A stretch of 14,726 nucleotides of DNA from a virus (taxonomy: Duplodnaviria; Heunggongvirae; Uroviricota; Caudoviricetes): IMG/VR virus record IMGVR_UViG_2534681663_000009, one strand, 5' to 3'. Position 1 is the first letter of the stretch, and each line of letters opens with the position of its first letter. A program made the translations under genes and the position numbers. The notes under the pieces are model-generated. The model was not told the origin of the DNA. It did not search any database and saw only the letters and a list, made by a program, of their open reading frames with translations. Below are positions 1-8,317 of the stretch, one piece after another.

Positions 1-306
1 CTTATGAATCGTCCCCCGGCAGACCAGCCACCACGGCAAATCACTCTGCACCTGCAGCCGCCGGTCGGCCTCACTCAGCCAGGGCAGACCACCGGGGTGG
101 CTGTGGACCAGCGCCACAATCTCTCTCTGCATTTCTGCACTCAGCCAGTCCTCCGGCGACATCCGGAAATACTCCTCCGGCTCACCGGAGATATTCACGC
201 AGGGAAAATATCTTTCCTCCTCCGGCGTTCTCACCACGAAGCCGCACGACTCCGCTGGCGCACATCGCCGGGCGTGCGCCAGAATCGCTGATTCTGTCTC
301 TGTCAT
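1..306 (-). CDS. K: Tail tip assembly protein K (lambda gpK-like, MPN/JAMM plus NlpC/P60), 5' part only; 3' end lies beyond window start
   Basis: ATG at 306..304 (minus); frame open for 102 codons to position 1, translated by hand: MTETESAILAHARRCAPAESCGFVVRTPEEERYFPCVNISGEPEEYFRMSPEDWLSAEMQREIVALVHSHPGGLPWLSEAD... containing an intact JAMM motif H-x-H-x7-S-xx-D. Lies directly after L as in lambda. Absent from the ORF track because its stop is outside the window. Confidence 0.85.
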   Translation of the reverse strand, partial: MTETESAILAHARRCAPAESCGFVVRTPEEERYFPCVNISGEPEEYFRMSPEDWLSAEMQREIVALVHSHPGGLPWLSEADRRLQVQSDLPWWLVCRGTIHK

Positions 307-311
307 GGGAT

Positions 312-1010
312 TTACTGCGAAAGTTTGTTAATGGAAAGGAAGCTGCCAAAGTTGCCGACATTATTGCGAAACTTACAGCCACTCAGGCATTTGCTGCATT
401 TATCCTTCGTGATATCGGACGTCGGCTGGTCATATTCATCCGCGACCGCCGGACCGCTATAACCGCACTCATCGCCGCGATAGGTCCAGGTGCAGGTGTT
501 GGCCAGCATGATACGTCCCGGAAAAACAGCGCCATCCGTTTCAGTCGGCGTGGACAGTACAAAAGAGGCACTGACCGCGCTCAGTTCGCTGCACTGCTCG
601 ATGCGCCAGCGGCTGATCACCTCCTGCTCCGGATCGGCTTCGCTGTTTCCGTTGACGAAGTTCACCGCATCCAGAAAGCGGGCGTAAACCTTACGCCGGA
701 CCACCGTTCCGCCGACCAGACTCTGCAGATCTTCCGCCATCCCGGTGATCATGCCGTGCAGGTTAGAGACCGTCAGTGTCGGACGGGCAGCACTGCCCTT
801 GCCGTTCATCTCAAATCCACTCCCCTGAATGGGATAGGCCTGATACTGCCGACTCTGCCAGGTGACAGACTCACCTTTTTCGTTCTGCTCATTACAGAAA
901 AAGTAGCGATCCCCGCCTACCTCGGTCAGGTCGATTTCCCAGAGCACCACGCTGGCCGACTGCTCCGCACGAATGCATTCATTCAGCGTTTCCTGTTGTA
1001 TGTCCTGCAT
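312..1010 (-). CDS. L: Minor tail protein L (lambda gpL-like tail tip assembly protein)
   Basis: 232-aa ORF; start overlaps M stop in an ATGA arrangement at 1008-1012; C-terminal cysteine cluster (KDKCSKCLSGCKFRNN) as in lambda gpL; position between M and K. Near-identity to lambda L is from recall, not a search. Confidence 0.92.
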   Translation of the reverse strand: MQDIQQETLNECIRAEQSASVVLWEIDLTEVGGDRYFFCNEQNEKGESVTWQSRQYQAYPIQGSGFEMNGKGSAARPTLTVSNLHGMITGMAEDLQSLVGGTVVRRKVYARFLDAVNFVNGNSEADPEQEVISRWRIEQCSELSAVSASFVLSTPTETDGAVFPGRIMLANTCTWTYRGDECGYSGPAVADEYDQPTSDITKDKCSKCLSGCKFRNNVGNFGSFLSINKLSQ

Positions 1011-1306
1011 CAGATCACCACTTCGTCAAACTGACACGAAAAATCGGTATAGGTGATATGTTCTGTCGCTGACCACGTTCGACACACCACTCTGATTTTT
1101 CTGTTAATACCCGGCGGGCGCCAAAAAAAAGATTTATAGCCTTCATGCCGGGCTAAAAATTTTTCAAATGAATCACGTTCATTCGCCTCAACTTTGAAAT
1201 CACAGGTGAAAACGCGCAGAGAATGATTAAGTCCATTTGGACTTCGTTGCTCATAACCATCGCCAAATCTTACAGTTTTTATCGATGGTTTATTTTCTGT
1301 TTTCAT
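1010..1306 (-). CDS. M: Minor tail protein M (lambda gpM-like)
   Basis: ORF track starts at a GTG at 1348; the internal ATG at 1306..1304 is preceded by GAGGA about 5 nt upstream and gives MKTENKPSIKTVRFGDGYEQR..., resembling the lambda M N-terminus (VRFGDGY motif) at about lambda M length. Stop overlaps the L start. Confidence 0.82.
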   Translation of the reverse strand: MKTENKPSIKTVRFGDGYEQRSPNGLNHSLRVFTCDFKVEANERDSFEKFLARHEGYKSFFWRPPGINRKIRVVCRTWSATEHITYTDFSCQFDEVVI

Positions 1307-1340
1307 TCCATCCTCTGGTAACCAGTGAAATTCTTCCGTA

Positions 1341-4300
1341 TTAGCCACTTAACATTCCCCCATCACGTCGCATATTTAACAGATTGCCCTGCACCCGCTG
1401 ATCAACCATCCCCATAAGTGCTTTTATTGCCTGAGGGCCAATCTCTCCATTCTGGCCGTCATTTTGAATAGTGATTTGGTATACAGGGGCATAGGTAATA
1501 TCTCCGCCTCCATTACCACTTTTACTATTAATAGCTCTGACACCAAGAGAACCATCGGAAGTTCGTGTTAATGGCATAATGGCTTCCGGTCCAGCCTCAC
1601 CAAAAACACCAGCCCCTTTTGCAAAAGCAAAAAATTGCGGGGAATCATAAATACCGTTCGAATACGTGCTCAATGACGGAGACTCATAAACACCGCCCTT
1701 TGCATTCGGAATAAATTTACTAATAGCACTCCCGATAGTTCCTAAAATCCCCCCAGAAGAACTGTTACTAATGCTGTCGAAAATCCCAGTAATTGAAGCC
1801 TTTAATGCTATTCGACTAAGATCCGAAATCACGGAAGTAGCGAAAGAACGAAAATTTGCCTTGCCTGTCGTGACAAAATCACCCAGCGCATCGGTCATCC
1901 CATCAAACATCTGAGTCGTGGTTGATTTTATCTGCTCACTGATATCCTTAGTGTCATCCAGCCAGTTATTGAATCCCTGGGAGGCACCACTAACCCAGTC
2001 TCCTGCCTGAATATCGAGCTGCTCGTTTTTCTGTCTGACAATTTCTTTTTCCCGTTCCAGAGCATCATTCAGAGCCTGCATTTTCTCTTGAAAAACATGA
2101 TCTGACATTCCACGGGATTTATCTGCATAGTCACGTTCAAGTTGCAGACGCTGATTGTTATATCCATGTTCAATCCGCAGTAATTCCTGCTGGCGTTGCT
2201 GATTTTTATCGCCAACCCCATAACCAGCAATCTGAATATCATACCCCTGCTGACGATTATCAATCGAAGCCTGCAATGAATCACGCCATGCTGTTATTTC
2301 GGCGGATTCCTTGATTAGCCTGTTATTTTTTTCAATCGCAACATTTTTCTCCATCAACGTGGTTATTTCTTCCCGGTGTAAGAGAAGCGATTTCTGATCC
2401 TGGGTTAATTTCGATGATGGTCGTGACTCTAGGTCGGCAATCCGCTGACGCCACTTAACCAGTTCCTGTTCAGAGGAACTTAATTTAACGGTCAACTCAG
2501 CTTGTGAACTTAGTAACGCATTCTGTTGATTCAGATGATCAATCATTCGTTGGGCTGCATCATCAGAATAATCTTTCGCCTTTGGTTGCTTTGGATCTTT
2601 ATAACGCTCATTTATTTGAGCGATAAGATTATTATATTCTTCCTTTGAATACTGATTCTTTAGCTTTTCCAGTTTTGCAAGTTCACTAGCTCTCTGCTGC
2701 TCCCGGGTCTGATATTGTTTTGAAAAGGCATCTGCTCTCTGTCTGAGTTCAATTCCTTCCTGTTGTCGCTTGTTGTAATCGTTTATTGATGAATTTAGTA
2801 CGTCCTGAGCAATTTTTTCTGCTTGAAGTACGCCCAATTGCTGCTTTAATCGTGCCAGCCTTTTATTTTGAGCTCCGCCATCTCCAATGCCACCTAACCC
2901 GAAAACTCCGGATCGGGTATTTTTTTCTATTTCATCAATTTGACGGAGAACATCTGAGATTTTTTGATCAAGGGAGGCCTCACGGCCAATATCCAGCATG
3001 GAATCCCATGCCCATTTTGCGGAGTCTGCGACAGCTTTCCATGCAGTCTCAAGATAACCAAGATTTTCTTTAATCTGGTTGGTGCGCTGGATCATTGAGG
3101 ATGAGTATTCTTCTGTCGCAATGCGGGCGGCCTCCTGCTGGTTCCCTTCATCCTGTAGCGCCTTAATCTGGTTATAAGTCGCAAGTGTCAGAAAATGGTA
3201 CTGATCATTAAGTTTTGATATGGCACTGACAGGATCCTTTGCAATTTCATTGAAGTCATTAACCAGTTGTTCGGTTGATATTCCTGTTACTTCGCTCGTT
3301 TTTACTATCGCTGTCGTCACTTGCTCCAGCGAACTGCTCGCTACCTTTCCCGAACGCACAAGCTGATTTAATACTGCCGCCGCAGCACCAGTTGTCGAAT
3401 CAGCCGCATTCCCGGCACGTTGAGCTAAATCGCCCAATTGCCCGCTGGTTGTCCCCAACTGATTTCCGGTAAGAATAAGAGATTTATTAAATTCGTCCTG
3501 CTCCTGAGAGCCTTTATAGTAAGCCAGTCCTAAGACCCCAACGGCTGCTGCGGCCAGGGTAAAAGGATTAATTAATCCCAGCACATAAGAACCTACCCCT
3601 TTGATCGCCGGGCCAATCCCACCGAACATATCTTTTAGCTGGCCGCCCTGCTGCATTAACACCATAAATGGCGACTGACCAGTGGACAACCCAACAACAA
3701 TATCCGTCATTTGTGCAGGCAACATGCGCATAGCAAAAGCCGTTTGTTTTGCCGACATTCCGGTTTTGCTTAATTGTGATTGAGTAACCTCAAGCTCACT
3801 CCGCATAGCACGAAGTTTTCCAGAAAGCTCCTCATACATTTCAGGAGAAAGCATCCCCTTAGCTTTTGCTTCATTGAGCTGTTTCTGTTGTTCTACCAGA
3901 CGATTAAAAGCAGTTCCGACAGGATCAAGTTGAGCAATCAGACGTTGCAAAGCAACAACCTGTTCATCATGCGCTTTTGCTGCTTCTCGCTCTGCCTGAG
4001 CCTCTCCGGTAAGCTCTCGCCGTGTTTCCTGTATTTTTCGGCTATAATTCTCAAACTGAGAACCATTTATTTTCCCGGATGCAAACGCAGCATTAAGTTC
4101 ATCATGCTGTTGTTCAAGATTTCTTAGCGCCGCAGCCAGAGGGTCGATCTTGTCCAGCATTCTTTGAAAGGCCTGAGCCTGCGCTTCCTGCTGGGCGGCA
4201 GCAAGTTTTCCGGCCTTCTCGGCTTCTCTCTGCGCTTGCGCAACCCCGCTCAATTCCTCTGTGGTTTCATTAAGTTTACGGACAAGAAATTCATATTCTT

Positions 4301-4574
4301 CTTTATCAATAAGCCCTTTATCGAAAAATTTCTTTAATTCAGAATAGCGTCGACCGACAGTATCAATTGCGGCACCAACTGGATCAATAGCTGCTTTTAA
4401 TTTTGCGAGCGCGTTCTTCTCATCTTCTGTTGCCTTAGTCACTTTCCCTGCGCTATTTGCAGCAGTTTCCCCAGCCTGCGTCATTTTGACTAATGAGGAG
4501 GTCAGATTGTCAGCATTATTTTTCGCTCCAGTGCTATCAATAATTATTGCGAGACGCGAGGTTTGCTCTGCCAT
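1341..4574 (-). CDS. Tail tape measure protein (1077 aa; lambda gpH-like C-terminal region)
   Basis: Largest ORF, between the tail chaperone and M; N-terminal coiled-coil region with three tandem ~75-aa repeats, central hydrophobic segments (…FMVLMQQGG…VGVLGLAYY), C-terminal motif [13 protein letters not shown]; ATG at 4574 with AGGAG about 9 nt upstream. Confidence 0.93.
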
Positions 4575-4594
4575 TTATTAAAACTCCTGACAAC

Positions 4595-4620
4595 AAAAAA
4601 CCCACCGCGAAGTGGGTTTC
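4595..4620 (-). terminator. Rho-independent terminator-like hairpin plus U tract in the spacer between the T-frame stop and the tape measure start
   Basis: Minus-strand RNA: AAACCCAC-UUCGCG-GUGGGUUU followed by UUUUUUG; stem of 5-8 bp. Lies 15-20 nt upstream of the tape measure SD. Confidence 0.5.
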
Positions 4621-4739
4621 AGGCGACATAATAGTAGATATAGCGATTACGAGGCCACGCAATGCTTTTCTCCAGGAGCATCATCGATTTAATTAAAGAC
4701 ACCATCACATCTCTGTAACAGAGTGTACGTAATTAACAA

Positions 4740-5509
4740 CTACACACACTGCTCCTGAAAATACTGGTCATCCAGTGCAAAGATCACTGCTTCAAATTCA
4801 TCGCGCTCAATCAATACCGGATGAGTGGCTAAATATTCATTTATCTCTGTCAGAGATAAAGGCAAAGGCACCCCAGCCATTCCAGCATAACGTCGGGCAC
4901 GGGATATTACCGAATAGGCGTACAACAACTCCTTAAGCACCGGGTCTATTTCTGGTTCCGGTATCGGTGGCAACCTGAGTTTTTCTCGCTTCCATCTTGC
5001 CTTTTCCCCCCTTTCTCCCCCGAACTCCGATAACCACCGCTGGGCAGCTATGGCTTTTTTATCGTATCCTGCTTCTGCTGCTCTTTACCCTGGGCGATGC
5101 TGGCTGCTTCTGCAAGGATCTGCCAGTACAACTCTGGATTCTGCTTAAGCAGCGCGATCCCTCGTTCTGCCGTATATTCCAGTGCAACCTCAACACCATT
5201 AACCAGTTCACCAACCCCTTTCCAGTCTTTCAGCAGATAACGAGCGGCATTATCAATGAGTAAATCATCAACAGAATCCACCTCGGAAACCTTTGAAATA
5301 TCAAACTCCTTCGTTCCGACGTGCAAACTGGCATCCATTTTCTCAATGTGGCGACGGATTAATGCATTACGGGAGCGATACTGATCGTTATCGCTGCTTG
5401 CCACCAACAGTTTTAACCCGTCTACAGGTTTTAAGTCCTTCATTGGCGTAAACCAGCGTTCTCCACCAATGATAATTTTCTGATTAAGAATAAACATCCA
5501 TAACCTCAT
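4740..5509 (-). CDS. Tail assembly chaperone frameshift fusion (gpGT analogue) made by -1 programmed ribosomal frameshifting
   Basis: The -1 frame is open from 5084 down to the stop at 4740-4742 and overlaps the end of the G frame; the only slippery heptamer in the overlap is A_AAA_AAG at 5060..5054 (minus). Predicted fusion is about 255 aa. The ORF track shows the downstream part as a 77-aa ORF with an artificial TTG start. Confidence 0.65.
5048..5509 (-). CDS. Tail assembly chaperone (lambda gpG analogue), zero-frame product
   Basis: 153-aa acidic ORF immediately downstream of the major tail gene and upstream of the tape measure; ends two codons after an A_AAA_AAG heptamer. Start could be ATG 5509 or ATG 5497 (the latter has GAGG about 8 nt upstream). 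Confidence 0.75.
   Translation of the reverse strand: MRLWMFILNQKIIIGGERWFTPMKDLKPVDGLKLLVASSDNDQYRSRNALIRRHIEKMDASLHVGTKEFDISKVSEVDSVDDLLIDNAARYLLKDWKGVGELVNGVEVALEYTAERGIALLKQNPELYWQILAEAASIAQGKEQQKQDTIKKP
5054..5060 (-). other. -1 slippery heptanucleotide A_AAA_AAG (X_XXY_YYZ in the G frame)
   Basis: Plus strand 5054-5060 is ctttttt; on the minus strand the G frame reads ATA AAA AAG CCA TAG, so the heptamer is A AAA AAG two codons before the G stop. Confidence 0.6.
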
Positions 5510-5557
5510 TCAATGCGTCCCCCTGTAGGGCAGTACCACAGGAGGAATAACGGAAAA

Positions 5558-6520
5558 TCAACTAATCGCCTCAGCACTGGCTTTTGCGATCACGGCAGCC
5601 GGGGAATTTTTTTTTCTGGTTATCGTAGGTGCTTCATCTGCTGCGGTAATGCTCAATTGAACCTGGATAATGTCGCTATTACCCCCATCAGGCCATTCAC
5701 CTGACACCTGAACCTTCGGGAAACTGAAAGTGTATGCCCCCTCTCCATTCGAAAGCGTGAAGCTGAACGGAACTGTTTCTCCAGTCAGTGTTTTACTCCA
5801 GATTTCCCACGCGGCTTTAGACCATGAAAGCGTCACCGTACCGGACGGTGTAAAAGTAGTCGGAATATTTGCTCCTGCATAAGGCGAGCCAGTCCCGATA
5901 CAACGCTGTGTCTGGAGTTTGTTATCGAACTGAATATCAAAACTGTCGATACAAAAACCGTTACCTCCGGCAACACCATTCAGGCTTACTGCTGAAACCT
6001 CCTTAAACGAATAACGTAGCTTTCCTGCACTATCCACAGGTTCGCCTTTGATAAAATTCGTATCATCGGCCTTTGATTCCCAGTCCAGTCCGGCAAAGGT
6101 TACGGTCGCTGTAATATCGCCGTCGTTAGGGATCTGCATTTTCCATGAGCCAACCTGCGCTCCTCTGACGACAGAGGCAATTCCGACATCGGACGCATAG
6201 GTCGCCAGAGAAAATGTTATTCGCTCATTCCCCATTGTCAGAGAATCGCCTGACCATTCCGCGCCGAAACAGGATGCAAGAAAATCATCATGTTGACCCC
6301 AGCGAAATTTGGTACCAACATCACCGCCGACATCCACAGTGCCAGGCGTCGCCCCCTGAGCCATCCGGGAGCCACCAATCTCATTATTTTCGCCTTTATT
6401 CTGGGTGGGTTTTACTCCCCAGCTTGTGCGTTTTAATAAACTCCAGTCACCACTTGCTGGCGTAGTGCCTGCAACCGTCTCCCGGATAAATGCCGAGATA
6501 ACCTTTGCACCTGAACTCAC
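5558..6520 (-). CDS. Major tail (tube) protein
   Basis: 320-aa ORF between the neck genes and the G/GT chaperone pair; GTG start at 6520 with AGGAGG 6 nt upstream; Thr/Ser/Gly-rich beta-type composition typical of siphovirus tube proteins. Confidence 0.78.
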   Translation of the reverse strand: MSSGAKVISAFIRETVAGTTPASGDWSLLKRTSWGVKPTQNKGENNEIGGSRMAQGATPGTVDVGGDVGTKFRWGQHDDFLASCFGAEWSGDSLTMGNERITFSLATYASDVGIASVVRGAQVGSWKMQIPNDGDITATVTFAGLDWESKADDTNFIKGEPVDSAGKLRYSFKEVSAVSLNGVAGGNGFCIDSFDIQFDNKLQTQRCIGTGSPYAGANIPTTFTPSGTVTLSWSKAAWEIWSKTLTGETVPFSFTLSNGEGAYTFSFPKVQVSGEWPDGGNSDIIQVQLSITAADEAPTITRKKNSPAAVIAKASAEAIS

Positions 6521-6546
6521 AGGAGCCTCCTATGTCATTAATTGCG

Positions 6547-6939
6547 CTAGAGCGCGCGATATGGAATTTGAAGATTAAGCTGGAACCAGCCATTCTTTTC
6601 GCCAACGGCTATTGAGGAAACAGCCTGGTAACTGAGACGATCGTCATCCTGAAACTCAAACAGTTCCCGCAATTTATCGGCTGTCTCAGTAATGAGTTTT
6701 GAACCAGAACCTGCGGGGACAAATAACTGAATAATGATTATCCCCGTGCGATAAACAATCGGCCCCGCGCCAATTTCATTAACTCCAGCCTGCCCGGGAA
6801 TATTACTTAACCGCGCCCAGATTAACTTACCGGAAGGATCGAACGTTGGCGCGTTCGGATACAATACGTCTTTTCCATCAATAATCGTCTGTGCCGTCAT
6901 TCTGGAAATAACCGTATTTCTGATTTCAGTAAACGTCAT
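6547..6939 (-). CDS. Tail terminator / tail completion protein (gpU-position protein)
   Basis: 130-aa ORF immediately upstream of the major tail gene; ATGA overlap with the preceding gene stop (6936-6939). Function assigned from synteny only. Confidence 0.55.
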   Translation of the reverse strand: MTFTEIRNTVISRMTAQTIIDGKDVLYPNAPTFDPSGKLIWARLSNIPGQAGVNEIGAGPIVYRTGIIIIQLFVPAGSGSKLITETADKLRELFEFQDDDRLSYQAVSSIAVGEKNGWFQLNLQIPYRAL

Positions 6940-7316
6940 TTGTAAGCCTGTAAAACACCATGAAAAGCGTTGGCATACACGCCAGTTGGCGCTTGTTGTG
7001 AATGACCGTTTTCAAGAGCCTCTGCATAAGGAAGGTTATTCTGGATATAAATAACTCCGTAATTTGCAGCTTTCGAAATAACCCCGATCCCACGCTGAAC
7101 AGCAATCGTACCGTTCGGATCCACGTTATCAGATATACCAAAATCGGGATGCTGTAACGACACCAGGTTGTTATTTCTGAAACGTCCGGTATCAACCGGA
7201 GCAGCAATATCAATAGCAGTAAGAATCTGAATAGCGATGTAGCGAATCTTCAGCCCTACATCTTCCTCAATCATCCCGGCAAATATTGACGGTTCTATAT
7301 CCCATGCCTTTGCCAT
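6936..7316 (-). CDS. Neck / tail-completion protein, HK97 gp10-like family
   Basis: 126-aa ORF; contains a DTGRFRNN-type motif that I recall as characteristic of the HK97 gp10 family; third of four small connector genes; adjacent TAA-ATG junction with the upstream gene. Confidence 0.55.
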   Translation of the reverse strand: MAKAWDIEPSIFAGMIEEDVGLKIRYIAIQILTAIDIAAPVDTGRFRNNNLVSLQHPDFGISDNVDPNGTIAVQRGIGVISKAANYGVIYIQNNLPYAEALENGHSQQAPTGVYANAFHGVLQAYK

Positions 7317-7700
7317 TTACGCTCTCCTTAACTGGATAGAGTAAACTGATGCGGAAGGATCTACACTTGCTGTAATTACCTCGTATCGTTGTAACTGCCT
7401 TGATACAGGATCATAAATCTCAATAATATGGTCGACAGCTGGTTTATCCGTAACCTCGCATACCAGAGCGGTTAATTTAAGGTCACCATGCAAAATATTA
7501 ATCCCATCAATTCTGCCCAGCTTATAACGTGTCAACACGCCTCGCCCGGTATAGATTGCGGTGGATTCGCCGCCAGTTTCCGTCACAGGATCCCAGTGCC
7601 GGTGCGTAACGTAAGAACCAGAAAAATCACTCACGGCGTCCGCTAAATCCTCATCAAAAGCAGCGGCAACCTCTGACTGAATCTCTTCACGAAGCCCCAT
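7317..7700 (-). CDS. Head closure / head-tail joining protein
   Basis: 127-aa ORF, second gene after the capsid gene; start overlaps the upstream stop (TAATG at 7698-7702). Synteny-based call. Confidence 0.5.
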   Translation of the reverse strand: MGLREEIQSEVAAAFDEDLADAVSDFSGSYVTHRHWDPVTETGGESTAIYTGRGVLTRYKLGRIDGINILHGDLKLTALVCEVTDKPAVDHIIEIYDPVSRQLQRYEVITASVDPSASVYSIQLRRA

Positions 7701-8095
7701 TATCCCCCCCTCACAACCCTGACTTGTGAGCGACTAAGTCCGTACGGTTTCAGCAGTGCTATCGCAAGCTGTAAATCGGGTTCAAGCAATGCAGTGCTGT
7801 TTGCTGGCAACTCAGAAAATGATTTCGATACACTGACCCCGTCAGCCGACACGGCTTTACTGATAACAACGCCAGAATCATTTTTCTGCTGAAACAACTT
7901 ACCGAATGAGGCAATTCTGGCTGCATATGCTCCCGCAAGTTTTACCTCTTCCGGAATACGGGATGGGTTAATTTTCAGGTTGAAGCCATTAAGCCAGGCA
8001 TTAGCCATTAAAACAGCTTTATTTTTAGCGTTCTCACTCGTCCAGGCGTTCCCAAACGCATTATCAACGTCATCACAGGTCACGTAAGTGATCAT
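7700..8095 (-). CDS. Head-tail connector (gp6-like adaptor)
   Basis: 131-aa ORF, first conserved connector gene downstream of the capsid gene; N-terminus MITYVTCDDVDNAFG...AWLNG resembles the gp6-like connector pattern; ATG at 8095. Confidence 0.55.
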   Translation of the reverse strand: MITYVTCDDVDNAFGNAWTSENAKNKAVLMANAWLNGFNLKINPSRIPEEVKLAGAYAARIASFGKLFQQKNDSGVVISKAVSADGVSVSKSFSELPANSTALLEPDLQLAIALLKPYGLSRSQVRVVRGG

Positions 8096-8098
8096 GTG

Positions 8099-8275
8099 TT
8101 ACTCCTGAGTTTTCCAGCCCATAGCCTTCCAGTTGTCAACTTCATCAGGATGAACATTAGCGATAGTTGGTGCGCCGGGAAACATCTGATAATCGGTCAC
8201 CATAACCACTAACTCAATTTGCGTTTTTTGTGCGGCTTCACGCTGTGCTCTTTGCTCTTTAGTTAATCCGGCCAT
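8099..8275 (-). CDS. Hypothetical small head-associated protein (58 aa), not in the ORF track
   Basis: ATG 8275..8273 to TAA 8101..8099, translated by hand: MAGLTKEQRAQREAAQKTQIELVVMVTDYQMFPGAPTIANVHPDEVDNWKAMGWKTQE. Its stop is 3 nt before the connector ATG (8095), so it is translationally coupled; G-rich run (GGGGGG) 3 nt upstream of the ATG. Confidence 0.4.
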   Translation of the reverse strand: MAGLTKEQRAQREAAQKTQIELVVMVTDYQMFPGAPTIANVHPDEVDNWKAMGWKTQE

Positions 8276-8284
8276 ATGCCCCCC

Positions 8285-8307
8285 ATTAAAAATGGGGCCG
8301 AAGCCCC
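8285..8307 (-). terminator. Rho-independent terminator-like hairpin immediately downstream of the major capsid gene
   Basis: Minus-strand RNA: GGGGC-UUCG-GCCCC followed by AUUUUUAAU; begins about 10 nt after the capsid TAA stop (8318-8320). Confidence 0.5.
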
Positions 8308-8317
8308 GTTTGAATGT

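Noticed and set aside
4-291. 95-aa plus-strand ORF at the left edge
   Set aside because: Lies entirely antisense to the K reading frame, which has a recognisable JAMM motif; proline/arginine-rich low-complexity translation typical of an antisense frame in GC-rich coding DNA.
182-382. 66-aa minus-strand ORF spanning the L/K junction
   Set aside because: Starts at a GTG, is out of frame with both K and L while overlapping both, and has no SD; the genuine K start is the ATG at 306.
2786-4127. Plus-strand ORFs (2786-3073, 3275-3472, 3780-4127) and minus-strand ORF 2069-2284 inside the tape measure gene
   Set aside because: All are embedded antisense or out of frame within the 1077-aa tape measure ORF; low-complexity, Leu/Phe-rich translations expected from A+T-rich antisense sequence.
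4575-4739. Possible tRNA or small RNA gene in the 165-nt spacer
   Set aside because: No T-loop-like GTTCRA motif, no CCA-adjacent acceptor-stem pairing and no cloverleaf symmetry visible on either strand; only short ORFs (18 and 21 codons) without SD.
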